Under the pieces are notes generated by a model. The model was given only the letters and a program-made list of their open reading frames with translations, was not told the origin of the DNA and searched no databases. A program made the translations under genes and the position numbers. Shown here in pieces: positions 1-8,962 of a stretch of DNA of 54,863 nt; positions within the stretch are counted from its first letter, which is position 1; each line of letters begins with the position of its first letter. The DNA is taken from positions 1-54,863 of the forward strand of contig DJKT01000024.1 in assembly GCA_002436205.1 (NCBI GenBank), written 5' to 3'. The DNA is from Candidatus Peribacter sp. UBA6535. Its GTDB lineage: Bacteria; Patescibacteriota; Gracilibacteria; Peribacterales; Peribacteraceae.

Positions 1-26
1 TCTGTAAAAACTCGCAGCGCATAACT

Positions 27-881
27 ATGGACTTCTTCTGGCACATCATCGCGATTACCGGCATGACCATTCCGCATGTACTTGCCTATAATCTTGTATT
101 CGGCAAAGGAAAAATCTTACACTTTGGCCCCATTAGTGTTTCTCTTGTTGCAAGTTATGTAGTGGTACTCACTTCCATTCACACTGGCAGTTTTCTTGTG
201 GCTGCTCTTGCTGGAATATTGGCAGTCGTTCTAATCTCTCTTTTCTTGGCATGGCTTTCTCTGCGCTTAGATCAAGATGCATTTGGTGTGATGACTATCG
301 CAGTACATCTTTCTTTTCTTGCTGTAATTCTTAACTGGAATAGTCTTACACGTGGAGCATTGGGCATTCCTGGCGTTCCTCGCTTTTCATTCTTAAGTTC
401 AGTATCAAGTTTTGCCATCACTGCGGTAGTCGTATCTTTACTCTTTATCGTTGCGATGTGGACGATTGGGAAAAGTTCTTTTGGAAGGCAGCTACAGGCA
501 CTGGCCGAGCATGAGTGGCATGCAAAGTCTTTGGGTATTAACAGATCAAAGGTGCATGTTATCGCGTTCCTTGTTGCCGGCATAGGTGCCCTTGCTACAG
601 CTCTGCTCTTCCCTCAGTACTTGGCATTCTTACATCCCAATGACTATCAATACCCATTCTTAGTCTTCTTTATCACCATTGTCGTTGCTGGAAATCCAGG
701 TTCGGTATTTGGTGTATTGCTTTCTACAATACTTCTGACTGTATTGAAGGAAGTTTTACGATTTTTGCCACTACCATCAGACATGCTTGGTCCTATTCGT
801 CTGATGCTCTTTGGCTTGATATTACTTGCAGTTGTCTTCTGGCGCAGAGACACGCTCTTCCCCAAACAGCGCTCAATTTAG
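27..881 (+). CDS. Branched-chain amino acid ABC transporter permease (LivM-like)
   Basis: Multi-TM hydrophobic protein with LTRGALGIPGVP, S.FGR.L.A..E....A.SLGIN and GNPGS motifs typical of the BPD_transp_2/LivM family. Confidence 0.85.
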   Translation: MDFFWHIIAITGMTIPHVLAYNLVFGKGKILHFGPISVSLVASYVVVLTSIHTGSFLVAALAGILAVVLISLFLAWLSLRLDQDAFGVMTIAVHLSFLAVILNWNSLTRGALGIPGVPRFSFLSSVSSFAITAVVVSLLFIVAMWTIGKSSFGRQLQALAEHEWHAKSLGINRSKVHVIAFLVAGIGALATALLFPQYLAFLHPNDYQYPFLVFFITIVVAGNPGSVFGVLLSTILLTVLKEVLRFLPLPSDMLGPIRLMLFGLILLAVVFWRRDTLFPKQRSI

Positions 882-921
882 GGTGACGATTGGGCTCAAT
901 TAGGCTAAAGTTCAAGCCGAA

Positions 922-1014
922 ATGAACCTCAGCCAGACCGTCCTCGGGATACAGTTCGACCCGACTACGTTCTTTGAACTACGCCGGGCCAATCCTGCTA
1001 TTCTATTATCATGA
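922..1014 (+). other. 30-codon ORF duplicating the PyrD N-terminus (MNLSQTVLGIQFDPTTFFELRRANPAILLS*); relic or leader ORF
   Basis: First 10 aa identical to PyrD (1011) but with mostly synonymous codon differences; its TGA overlaps the pyrD ATG (ATGA at 1011-1014). Confidence 0.6.
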
Positions 1015-1955
1015 ATTTATCGCAAACAGTTCTCGGCATAGAGTTTGGAAACCCAACGGTGCTTGCTTCTGGAATTCTGGGAATCACATCTTCAACATGG
1101 AAGGATGTTGCCAAGAAAGGGGCCGGAGGTATCACCACAAAATCTCTTTGGGCGAAGGAGCACAAAGGACATCCAAATCCAACAATCATCGAAACTGAAC
1201 ACTGGATGCTCAATGCAGTCGGTCTTCCGGATGCAGGGCCTGCAAAAGCACAGGAGGAAATTGGTGACTACATGAAAGATCATCCCGTTCCACTTATTGC
1301 CAACATTGTTGCAGGACAGATTGATGAGTTTGCCAAAGCTGCAGAGGGGATAGTGCCACTAGGGCCAGATGCATTCGAGGTAAACATCAGTTGTCCAAAC
1401 GTCGAAGATGAATTTGGAAAACCCTTTGCCTGCAGCGCACCGGATGCTGCAAAAGTTACAGCGGCAGTAAAAAAGATAGTGGGGGACATCCCAATGTTTG
1501 TGAAGCTCTCACCCAATGTCGACAATATCGGAGAGATCGCTAAGGCATGCCAAGAAGCTGGTGCCGATGGATTCACTGTTATCAACACTGTAGGTCCTGG
1601 AATGGCAATAGACCTTCGAAGCCGTATGCCAATACTGGCCAATAAAGTCGGTGGACTCTCCGGGCCTGCCATCAAGCCTATTGCCGTCAAATGTATTGCA
1701 GATGTATACGCGGCAACCGATGGAAAGTGTCCAATCATTGGAACAGGGGGAGTGTATACAGGAGAGGATGCACTTGAACTGATGCTTGCAGGAGCAACGC
1801 TCATTGGAATTGGCTCTGCTGTTGCACGTCACGGGGCAGAAGTCTTCGCGGATGTCTGTGAGGGCATGCAGTACTGGTGCACCAATGAAGGTATCGACAA
1901 TATTGCTGACCTCGTTGGAGGTATGCATAAAGAACTTGCTTCCCGCAATGCCTAA
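1011..1955 (+). CDS. pyrD: Dihydroorotate dehydrogenase, catalytic subunit (family 1B)
   Basis: Motifs NAVGL, EVNISCPN, VKLSPN, INT, GGLSG.AIKP, IIGTGGV; adjacent pyrK. Confidence 0.95.
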   Translation: MNLSQTVLGIEFGNPTVLASGILGITSSTWKDVAKKGAGGITTKSLWAKEHKGHPNPTIIETEHWMLNAVGLPDAGPAKAQEEIGDYMKDHPVPLIANIVAGQIDEFAKAAEGIVPLGPDAFEVNISCPNVEDEFGKPFACSAPDAAKVTAAVKKIVGDIPMFVKLSPNVDNIGEIAKACQEAGADGFTVINTVGPGMAIDLRSRMPILANKVGGLSGPAIKPIAVKCIADVYAATDGKCPIIGTGGVYTGEDALELMLAGATLIGIGSAVARHGAEVFADVCEGMQYWCTNEGIDNIADLVGGMHKELASRNA

Positions 1956-2794
1956 TGTCTTCGATTTCTCTTCAAAGCAGACTTCCAAAAACGTATCGCA
2001 TTAAAGCGATCAGCCAAGAAACTGAGATGGTGCGCACCTACACGTTTGATGGATCTCTAGGAGCTGCGCCCGGACAATTTTTGATGCTGTGGCTTCCGGG
2101 AGTTGATGAAAAACCCTTCTCGGTTGCGTACGATGATGGATCCGAAACAAAGATTACCTTCTTTGCGGTAGGTCCTATGAGTGAAGCACTTGCACAGTCA
2201 AAGGTTGGAGATTTGGTCGGACTACGAGGGCCCTTTGGAACATCATATGAATGGGAAGCAGGGGATCATATTGTTCTTGTTGCCGGTGGTTATGGTGCAG
2301 CTCCGATGTTCTTTGTAGCATCAGAGGCGGTAAAACACGGTTGCACTCTCGAAGCGATTGTCGGCGCAAGAGGCAAAGAACATCTGTTGTACCTTAAAGA
2401 ACTCGAATCTCTTCAGCACGTTTCACTCCATGTTTCTACGGATGATGGATCTGTTGGACACAAAGGATATAACACCGATGTGCTCGACCAACTTTTGGAA
2501 GTTGCTGCAGATCCGGATGCTAAAGATCCACCAATCGATAAGGTGTTTGCCTGTGGACCTGAGATGATGCTGAAGTCCGTACTAACGGTTTCCGAAAAGT
2601 ATGGTGTGCCGTGCCAGCTTTCTCTCGAGCGATATATGAAATGTGGGTTTGGGGTCTGTGGAAACTGCGTTATGGACCCGACTGGAATGCGTTTATGTAT
2701 AGATGGCCCGGTTGTAAAAGGGCACATTTGTAAAAAGCTGACAGAGTTTGGTGCGTATCATCGAGATGACATCGGAAAGAAGCACGAGTTTTAG
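1955..2794 (+). CDS. pyrK: Dihydroorotate dehydrogenase electron transfer subunit
   Basis: PGQF, RGPFG, GG.G.AP, ACGPE.M and MKCGFGVCGNC...C 2Fe-2S motif; translationally coupled to pyrD. Confidence 0.93.
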   Translation: MSSISLQSRLPKTYRIKAISQETEMVRTYTFDGSLGAAPGQFLMLWLPGVDEKPFSVAYDDGSETKITFFAVGPMSEALAQSKVGDLVGLRGPFGTSYEWEAGDHIVLVAGGYGAAPMFFVASEAVKHGCTLEAIVGARGKEHLLYLKELESLQHVSLHVSTDDGSVGHKGYNTDVLDQLLEVAADPDAKDPPIDKVFACGPEMMLKSVLTVSEKYGVPCQLSLERYMKCGFGVCGNCVMDPTGMRLCIDGPVVKGHICKKLTEFGAYHRDDIGKKHEF

Positions 2795-3171
2795 AGTCGT
2801 ATGGTTCTTTCTATCCAAATAACCTCCATCTGTTTTCGAGATTTTCTTGCTGTCTTTTTTGGTGTTTGCTGCTTTCGTACTTTTACCGGTACTGATACTT
2901 CATCATTTTTACGAATAGTCCACAAGGCATGTAGTCCAAATCCCAGGAGCATCATAAGCATTCCAAATGCCAACACTCCAGTTCCGTTACTTGATTCTAT
3001 AGCAGCAGGAAGTACTACTTGCTGGTCTATCCACATAATCTCTCCTACCTGCTCAGTACCCAGGGTTCCCCCCTGTTCTGTCAGACTGGCACCCAGAGAC
3101 ATCTGAGAGCCAATAGTGACGACAATAGCGCCGAGAGCAATAATCGCTGTTCCTAATGTTTGTTTTGACAT
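2791..3171 (-). CDS. Hypothetical membrane protein (2 TM segments, basic C-terminal tail)
   Basis: 126-aa ORF with ATG start and two hydrophobic segments. Confidence 0.65.
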   Translation of the reverse strand: MSKQTLGTAIIALGAIVVTIGSQMSLGASLTEQGGTLGTEQVGEIMWIDQQVVLPAAIESSNGTGVLAFGMLMMLLGFGLHALWTIRKNDEVSVPVKVRKQQTPKKTARKSRKQMEVIWIERTIRL

Positions 3172-3253
3172 ATTACGTAAATATTATACAACAAATCATT
3201 AAAAATAGCAATAAGTGGTATTTGTGCTGTATTTATGGTTAAATCTGCTGCGT

Positions 3254-3328
3254 GGCCTCATCGTCTAGTGGTTAGGACGCCAGGTTTTCATCCTGGTAAC
3301 AGGGGTTCGATTCCCCTTGAGGCTACCA
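3254..3328 (+). tRNA. tRNA-Glu (TTC)
   Basis: Cloverleaf: acceptor GGCCTCA/TGAGGCT, anticodon arm CCAGG-TTTTCAT-CCTGG, T-loop GTTCGATT, encoded CCA. Confidence 0.97.
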
Positions 3329-3346
3329 CTTTGATTCATCGTATAG

Positions 3347-4612
3347 ATGCAAACCAGCAAAGCTCATCCAGATTCATCTTCTGATTTCCGGGAGATGGGT
3401 GTCAGCGCGCCCCTACTGAAGATCCTCGAAACTCGAGGCATCAAGAAGCCGACGCCTATTCAACATCAGGCAATTCCCTTGGGGCTCGATGGAAAAGATC
3501 TGATTGGTATTGCGCAAACCGGTACAGGAAAGACCTTTGCTTTTGGCCTTCCTATGTTGCAGCGACTTGCCGCAGGCAAGAAGAGAGGGCTTGTAGTCCT
3601 CCCAACGCGAGAGCTTGCGTATCAGGTCGAAGAGGCACTCAAGCCTTTTGCCAGCGCTCTTGGTATTCGCACCGCAGTATTTGTAGGAGGAGCATCAATG
3701 AATTTGCAGAAGAAGATGCTCAAGCAAAATCCACGTATCCTCATTGCGACTCCCGGTCGATTGAATGATCACTTGCAGCAGAAGACGGTGACATTGAATG
3801 AGGTAGAGATTCTTGTTCTGGATGAAGCAGATCGAATGCTTGATATGGGATTCAAGCCGCAGATTAATAAGATTCTCGCTCACGTACCGCGCAAGCGTCA
3901 GACACTTCTGTTTTCTGCAACGATGCCGCAGGAAATCTTTACGCTCGCTAAGAATGAAATGCATATGCCATTGCGTATAGAAGTAGCCCCGGAGGGAACG
4001 ACTGCAGCAAAGGTAGAGCAGGAGCTTATCATTGTGAGACAGCAGGATAAGAAGACGTTTCTTCTTACATTACTTAAGGAACATGAAGGCCAGGTTCTTG
4101 TTTTCTCACGTACGAAACATGGCGCCAAGAAGATCACGCGTATATTGAATGATAATAGATTCCGTGCTGCAGAAATTCACGGCAACAGATCACTTGTACA
4201 GCGTCGCAGTGCTCTTGAAGGGTTTAAAAGAGGGACGCATCGAGTACTGGTTGCTACAGATATTGCTTCTAGAGGTATTGATGTATCGGATATTGCATTA
4301 GTTATCAATTATGATCTTCCTGATGATGCTGCAGATTATGTTCATCGTATTGGTCGTACAGGACGCGCTGGTCGTACAGGACGTGCTATTTCCTTTGCTA
4401 CTCCAACCCAAGCCAGTGATATCCGTGACATTGAGCGACTTATTCGTGGGTCATTACCTCGACGTCAACACGCTTCCCTTCCATCTGTTGAGATGGAAAA
4501 AAACCCAAGTAAATCCAAGCGTCCTCAGCGCAATTTTAGACGTTCATCTTCACGCAAACCAATTCATAGTGGATCACAGAGAAAACCACGCCAAAAACAT
4601 CGTCGAAGATAA
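3347..4612 (+). CDS. DEAD-box ATP-dependent RNA helicase (RhlE-like)
   Basis: Q motif, AQTGTGKT, PTRELA, TPGR, DEAD, SAT, HRIGRTGRAG; basic C-terminal tail. Confidence 0.95.
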   Translation: MQTSKAHPDSSSDFREMGVSAPLLKILETRGIKKPTPIQHQAIPLGLDGKDLIGIAQTGTGKTFAFGLPMLQRLAAGKKRGLVVLPTRELAYQVEEALKPFASALGIRTAVFVGGASMNLQKKMLKQNPRILIATPGRLNDHLQQKTVTLNEVEILVLDEADRMLDMGFKPQINKILAHVPRKRQTLLFSATMPQEIFTLAKNEMHMPLRIEVAPEGTTAAKVEQELIIVRQQDKKTFLLTLLKEHEGQVLVFSRTKHGAKKITRILNDNRFRAAEIHGNRSLVQRRSALEGFKRGTHRVLVATDIASRGIDVSDIALVINYDLPDDAADYVHRIGRTGRAGRTGRAISFATPTQASDIRDIERLIRGSLPRRQHASLPSVEMEKNPSKSKRPQRNFRRSSSRKPIHSGSQRKPRQKHRRR

Positions 4613-4638
4613 GCAGATAGTTGTGCTATCGTTACGCT

Positions 4639-6195
4639 ATGAGCCTTTCGCGGATCATTCGTCTTTGCCTCTCTCTTCTTATAGCACTTGCTGCGTGTAA
4701 GGGGCTCTATCATCTCGTCTCTCAAGCCTGGTATTTCTTTGAGGGTGCGTATACTGGAGATGCAACATATTACTTTACTGTAGGGAGGGGGATCTACAAT
4801 GGCCTCTCTCTGTACACAGATATCTTTGATACGAAACCTCCTGGTGTATATCTGCTTAGTGCAATGTCTTTCTGGATATTTGATAGTCATCTTCTTGGCT
4901 CACTTTTGAATGCATTCATGGTTATTGCCTATCCGGTGCTATTTGGCGTGGTTGCTTATACGTTTGATAAACGTCGTCATACCATATTGCTTGCTGTGTT
5001 TTTTGGCATACTTCTCTCGTTGTATTCAGCATTTCAGGCAGGTGCTTGGCAAGTTGAATGGTATGGTGCGTTCTTTGGTTCATTGTATGCAGTAGCACTG
5101 ATATTTTTTCAAAAGAAAAGAAGTAGCTCTGCTTCGATTGCTATTTTTACAGTATGCATACTGCTGAGTATTGGGTTTAAAGAGCCGTTCATTTTTTCGC
5201 TTATAGGTGTTGGGCTTTTGCTTCTTCCTAAGAAAAAAGATCTTCTTTCTGGCCTTGTAATGCCACTGGGTATTGCTGCTGTAGCAGGTGTTATTGGATT
5301 GCTGATACTTGGGTATGCACAGGGATACTTTTCTCTATATCTTCCATCACAATTTGGTCATCAGGCTGCTAGAGCTGTACCCCTATGGCAACGCGGCATG
5401 TCTATTCATGTGCTTATGAAGTATATTTGGGAATTTTCCTACATTTTCTCTGTACTCATTACCGCTCTCTTCGCGCACGCAGTATTCCAAAGCCGAAAGT
5501 TTGCATACCCTGGCCTTCGCACTGCAGTAGTGGTGCTGGCTTTGTATTTAGGTCTCACTGCAGGGAATTTGCGTGGGTATCCAGTAGGTAATCATTTTGT
5601 TGTTATGGTGCCTTTGTATACAGCACTGTTTTTACTGGTATTACAATATGTATCTTCTCAGAAACATACGTATGTATTACAGTTGCTCCTCGGTTTGATG
5701 CTGCTTACACTTTTGGAGATCCCCATGAGCATGGGTATTTCTTACTATGCCGAATCTCTTTCCAATATGCACAAAAATGTGCAGAAGCATACAGAAGCAG
5801 CACACAAGATTGATGCCATTATGGATGCTTGTGCTATAGATCGGTATTACTACGTTGAGGAACGTCCGTATATGGAATTTATGAGACATTCGCCATTAAA
5901 CTTCTTTGTATATACAGGCCCGGATACCATTATCTACTACCATCCGTTTATTGTAGAGAAGCAACTCAATAACTTCTCTGAGTCACGTCTTGTTATTGCA
6001 CAGGGAGATGGGTACGAAATACGAGAGCGCTCGCAGGAGATACCTCTCTCAAAAGTGGTGCAGGAATATCTTGTTGATAACTTTTCTACTACGGCTTGGG
6101 AATGTGCCAATGGACTTACCTTTCCAGAGGAGTATGCGCTCCTCTTTCGAAAGGATCCTCATACCATGATTCCATTTCCTTTTAAGATGAAATAA
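4639..6195 (+). CDS. Polytopic membrane protein, putative GT-C fold glycosyltransferase (paralog 1)
   Basis: Many TM helices, N-terminal loop with D..YY and LY.DIFDTKPPG motifs, soluble C-terminal domain; ATG at 4639 preferred over TTG 4621. Confidence 0.65.
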   Translation: MSLSRIIRLCLSLLIALAACKGLYHLVSQAWYFFEGAYTGDATYYFTVGRGIYNGLSLYTDIFDTKPPGVYLLSAMSFWIFDSHLLGSLLNAFMVIAYPVLFGVVAYTFDKRRHTILLAVFFGILLSLYSAFQAGAWQVEWYGAFFGSLYAVALIFFQKKRSSSASIAIFTVCILLSIGFKEPFIFSLIGVGLLLLPKKKDLLSGLVMPLGIAAVAGVIGLLILGYAQGYFSLYLPSQFGHQAARAVPLWQRGMSIHVLMKYIWEFSYIFSVLITALFAHAVFQSRKFAYPGLRTAVVVLALYLGLTAGNLRGYPVGNHFVVMVPLYTALFLLVLQYVSSQKHTYVLQLLLGLMLLTLLEIPMSMGISYYAESLSNMHKNVQKHTEAAHKIDAIMDACAIDRYYYVEERPYMEFMRHSPLNFFVYTGPDTIIYYHPFIVEKQLNNFSESRLVIAQGDGYEIRERSQEIPLSKVVQEYLVDNFSTTAWECANGLTFPEEYALLFRKDPHTMIPFPFKMK

Positions 6196-6218
6196 ACAAA
6201 ATATGGTATCTTTTCCCT

Positions 6219-7772
6219 ATGCATTCTTCTCGAATAGTTCGTTTTTGTCTCTTTCTTCTCATTGCACTCGCTACGTGTAAGGGGCTGTATCATCTTGTTT
6301 CTCAAGCTTGGTATTTCTTTGATGGTGCATACGCAGGTGATGCGAAGTATTACTGGACTGTAGGGAAAGCTTTGCTCAATGGATTTGAGCTGTATGGAGA
6401 TATTTTTGATACCAAGCCACCGGGTATCTATCTACTTAGCGCTCTCTCTTTCTGGATGTTTGATAGCGGTACATTGGGATTCATTTTCAATGCTCTGATG
6501 GTACTTGCGTATCCGCTTCTCTTTGCAGGGGTGGCCTATCTCCTCGCTGTAGATCTTCCACAAACTCGTAAGAGAAACGCAGTACTCTTTTCTGCTCTCT
6601 TTGGAATGCTCCTGTCTCTGTATACGGCATTCCAGGCGCAGGCGTGGCAGGTGGAATGGTATGGGGCGTTCTTTGCTTCACTGTATGCATTGGCACTCGT
6701 ATCTGTACCTCATTTAGCTATTCTTACTACGTGCCTTGTTCTGGCCATTGGATTCAAAGAGCCTTTCGCATTGTCTTTGATTGGCATAGCGCTATTACTC
6801 CTTCCGCGGAAACAGGATTTTATTCATCGATTTGCCAAGCCACTTGGCATTACGGCTGTAGCCGGAGTCATAGGACTTTTGGCTTTTGGGTATGCTGATG
6901 GCTATTTCTCGACGTATCTCCCTTCTCATTTTGGACATCATCTTGTTCGCAGTGTTCCACTGTGGATGCGGGGATTGTTCATTGATATCTGGGTAAAATA
7001 TCTTTGGGAATATTCCTATTTCTTCTCGGTACTTGTTGGCATCTTGTTCGTAGAAGCTTTTGTACAGAGTAGACGGAGCGGTCGTCCTATTGTACGAGCA
7101 ATACTGATTATTATAGCGCTCTACCTCGCTCTTACTGCAGGGAATTTGCGTGGGTATCCGGTTGCCAATCATTTTGTTGCTGTGGCACCGCTGTATACGG
7201 CGCTTTTCTTACTCATGCTGAAGCGCGTTATCGCTGAGGGCTTTACATCGATGTCTCGTATTTTTATGGGGGTCATGGTGGTGACTCTATTAACTATCCC
7301 CATGAGCGATGGCTTTGCGCGGTACGCAGAAATCCTTTCCAATAGAGAGCAAGGCTCAGTTGCACGTAGAGAAGTCGCAGAGAAAATCGATGCGATATTG
7401 GATGCATGCAACGTAGATCGTTACTTCTACGTAGAGGAAAAATCATACATGGAGTATATGCGGCACTCACCGCAAAACTTCTTTGTGTATGCAGGTCCTG
7501 AATCCATTGTGTATTATCATCCTCTTGTCATAGAGAAACACCTACAATCATTTTCTACTGCTCAGATAGTCATAGCGCATGGAGATGCGTATGAAATACG
7601 TCAGCAGAATGAAGAAAAAACAATATCAGAGATGACGTTTCGCTATCTTGCCAATCAATTTACTATTACCCCGTGGTCCTGCGCAGAGGACTTAGAGACC
7701 CCCAAAGGATACTCTGTACTCTATCGAAAAGATCCCCATGATATGAAGTCGTTTCTGTTTAAATTGAAATAA
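6219..7772 (+). CDS. Polytopic membrane protein, putative GT-C fold glycosyltransferase (paralog 2)
   Basis: Full-length paralog of the upstream gene (shared CKGLYHLVSQAWYFF, DTKPPG, AWQVEWYGAFF, LTAGNLRGYP). Confidence 0.65.
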   Translation: MHSSRIVRFCLFLLIALATCKGLYHLVSQAWYFFDGAYAGDAKYYWTVGKALLNGFELYGDIFDTKPPGIYLLSALSFWMFDSGTLGFIFNALMVLAYPLLFAGVAYLLAVDLPQTRKRNAVLFSALFGMLLSLYTAFQAQAWQVEWYGAFFASLYALALVSVPHLAILTTCLVLAIGFKEPFALSLIGIALLLLPRKQDFIHRFAKPLGITAVAGVIGLLAFGYADGYFSTYLPSHFGHHLVRSVPLWMRGLFIDIWVKYLWEYSYFFSVLVGILFVEAFVQSRRSGRPIVRAILIIIALYLALTAGNLRGYPVANHFVAVAPLYTALFLLMLKRVIAEGFTSMSRIFMGVMVVTLLTIPMSDGFARYAEILSNREQGSVARREVAEKIDAILDACNVDRYFYVEEKSYMEYMRHSPQNFFVYAGPESIVYYHPLVIEKHLQSFSTAQIVIAHGDAYEIRQQNEEKTISEMTFRYLANQFTITPWSCAEDLETPKGYSVLYRKDPHDMKSFLFKLK

Positions 7773-7803
7773 CAAAAAAGGCGACTTCTCATCACCCTTT
7801 TTG
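7773..7803. terminator. Possible bidirectional intrinsic terminator between convergent genes
   Basis: CAAAAAAGG...CCCTTTTTG imperfect hairpin with A- and T-tracts. Confidence 0.4.
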
Positions 7804-7840
7804 TATTTGTTTTAACCGCTCTTAAGAGACTGCCCTCGAA

Positions 7841-8308
7841 TTAATAATTAGTAGGGAAGTAGTTTGGCTCATAGACTTCACCATTAATAATGGCTTCAAG
7901 ACAATGAGTGTAGCGCTGACTGGAGTACTGTGAGCATCCAGGAACACGCTGACGACGCTGAGCAGGAGCACCACGTACAGTTCCCCATGCAGGAGCTGCG
8001 AAGTGCGTGCCACCATTTTGACTTAGGCGAATTTCACGACGTCGTGCAACATTTTCTGTTGTGTTTGTGCGACGAGGTGCTGTAAGCCTGAAAGGCGTAC
8101 CATCTCGGATATCGAGGTTCTGGCGAACGCTTCGAACACGGAATATCCCAGATGATTGGTGTAGACTGTTCATGTTACGGACGGTTTCGCTGTTTGGGTT
8201 GTGTCCCGAATAAGAGACAATGTCTGCACGCTGAGCGGACGTAGCGCCGACAACCATTCCAACCAAAACGCCAAGTGCACCGATAACATATGTTTGGCGG
8301 TTAGCCAT
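7841..8308 (-). CDS. Hypothetical secreted/membrane-anchored protein, Arg-rich, with a C-terminal Cys pair
   Basis: 155-aa ORF with N-terminal hydrophobic segment. Confidence 0.65.
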   Translation of the reverse strand: MANRQTYVIGALGVLVGMVVGATSAQRADIVSYSGHNPNSETVRNMNSLHQSSGIFRVRSVRQNLDIRDGTPFRLTAPRRTNTTENVARRREIRLSQNGGTHFAAPAWGTVRGAPAQRRQRVPGCSQYSSQRYTHCLEAIINGEVYEPNYFPTNY

Positions 8309-8425
8309 AACGAGAAAAGGGAAGTAAATAAAATTTGTTTATGTATATATTATACCATATTTAGGCATATTGTACAATGCTCAGAATTGGCTTAATGGAG
8401 GTGAATTCTCTAGTATATTGGCCAT

Positions 8426-8962
8426 ATGCAGCCTGTTGACGTCTTTATAGCATTCTTGATCATCTGGGTATTCTTTATCGTGCTCATGGTGGTAACGTCC
8501 ATTTTCCTGCGCGCCCCGTACGTTCCTACCCCTATGAAGGTCACCCGCAAAATGGTGAAATTTGCTGATTTCAAGGGGAATGAAGTGGTCTACGATCTAG
8601 GAGCAGGAGATGCGAGATTGCTCATAGAATCCAAGCGTAGCCATCCAAATATCACTGCTCGTGGGTTTGAATTGTCTCCGCCTGTATGGCTTGTTGGTAA
8701 AATACTTATTTGGAAATCGAGACTTTCTGTGAGTTTGCAGATGAAGAATTTCTTTCATCAGGATGTATCAGATGCAGATTGTATCTTTCTGTATTTGATG
8801 CCGGGGGCTATGAAGACATTACAGAAGAAGTTTGAGAAAGAGCTCAAACCCGGTACCAAAGTTATATCACATGCATTCAAGTTTCCGGGGAGAGAGGCTG
8901 TAAAGAGCATGCCTGTACCGTGGTTGCAGGGGGAGAAGGAGCTACTGCTCTACACATGGTAA
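8426..8962 (+). CDS. Membrane-anchored class I SAM-dependent methyltransferase
   Basis: N-terminal TM, APYVPT, YDLGAGDAR (motif I), ELKPG.KVISH.F. Confidence 0.85.
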   Translation: MQPVDVFIAFLIIWVFFIVLMVVTSIFLRAPYVPTPMKVTRKMVKFADFKGNEVVYDLGAGDARLLIESKRSHPNITARGFELSPPVWLVGKILIWKSRLSVSLQMKNFFHQDVSDADCIFLYLMPGAMKTLQKKFEKELKPGTKVISHAFKFPGREAVKSMPVPWLQGEKELLLYTW

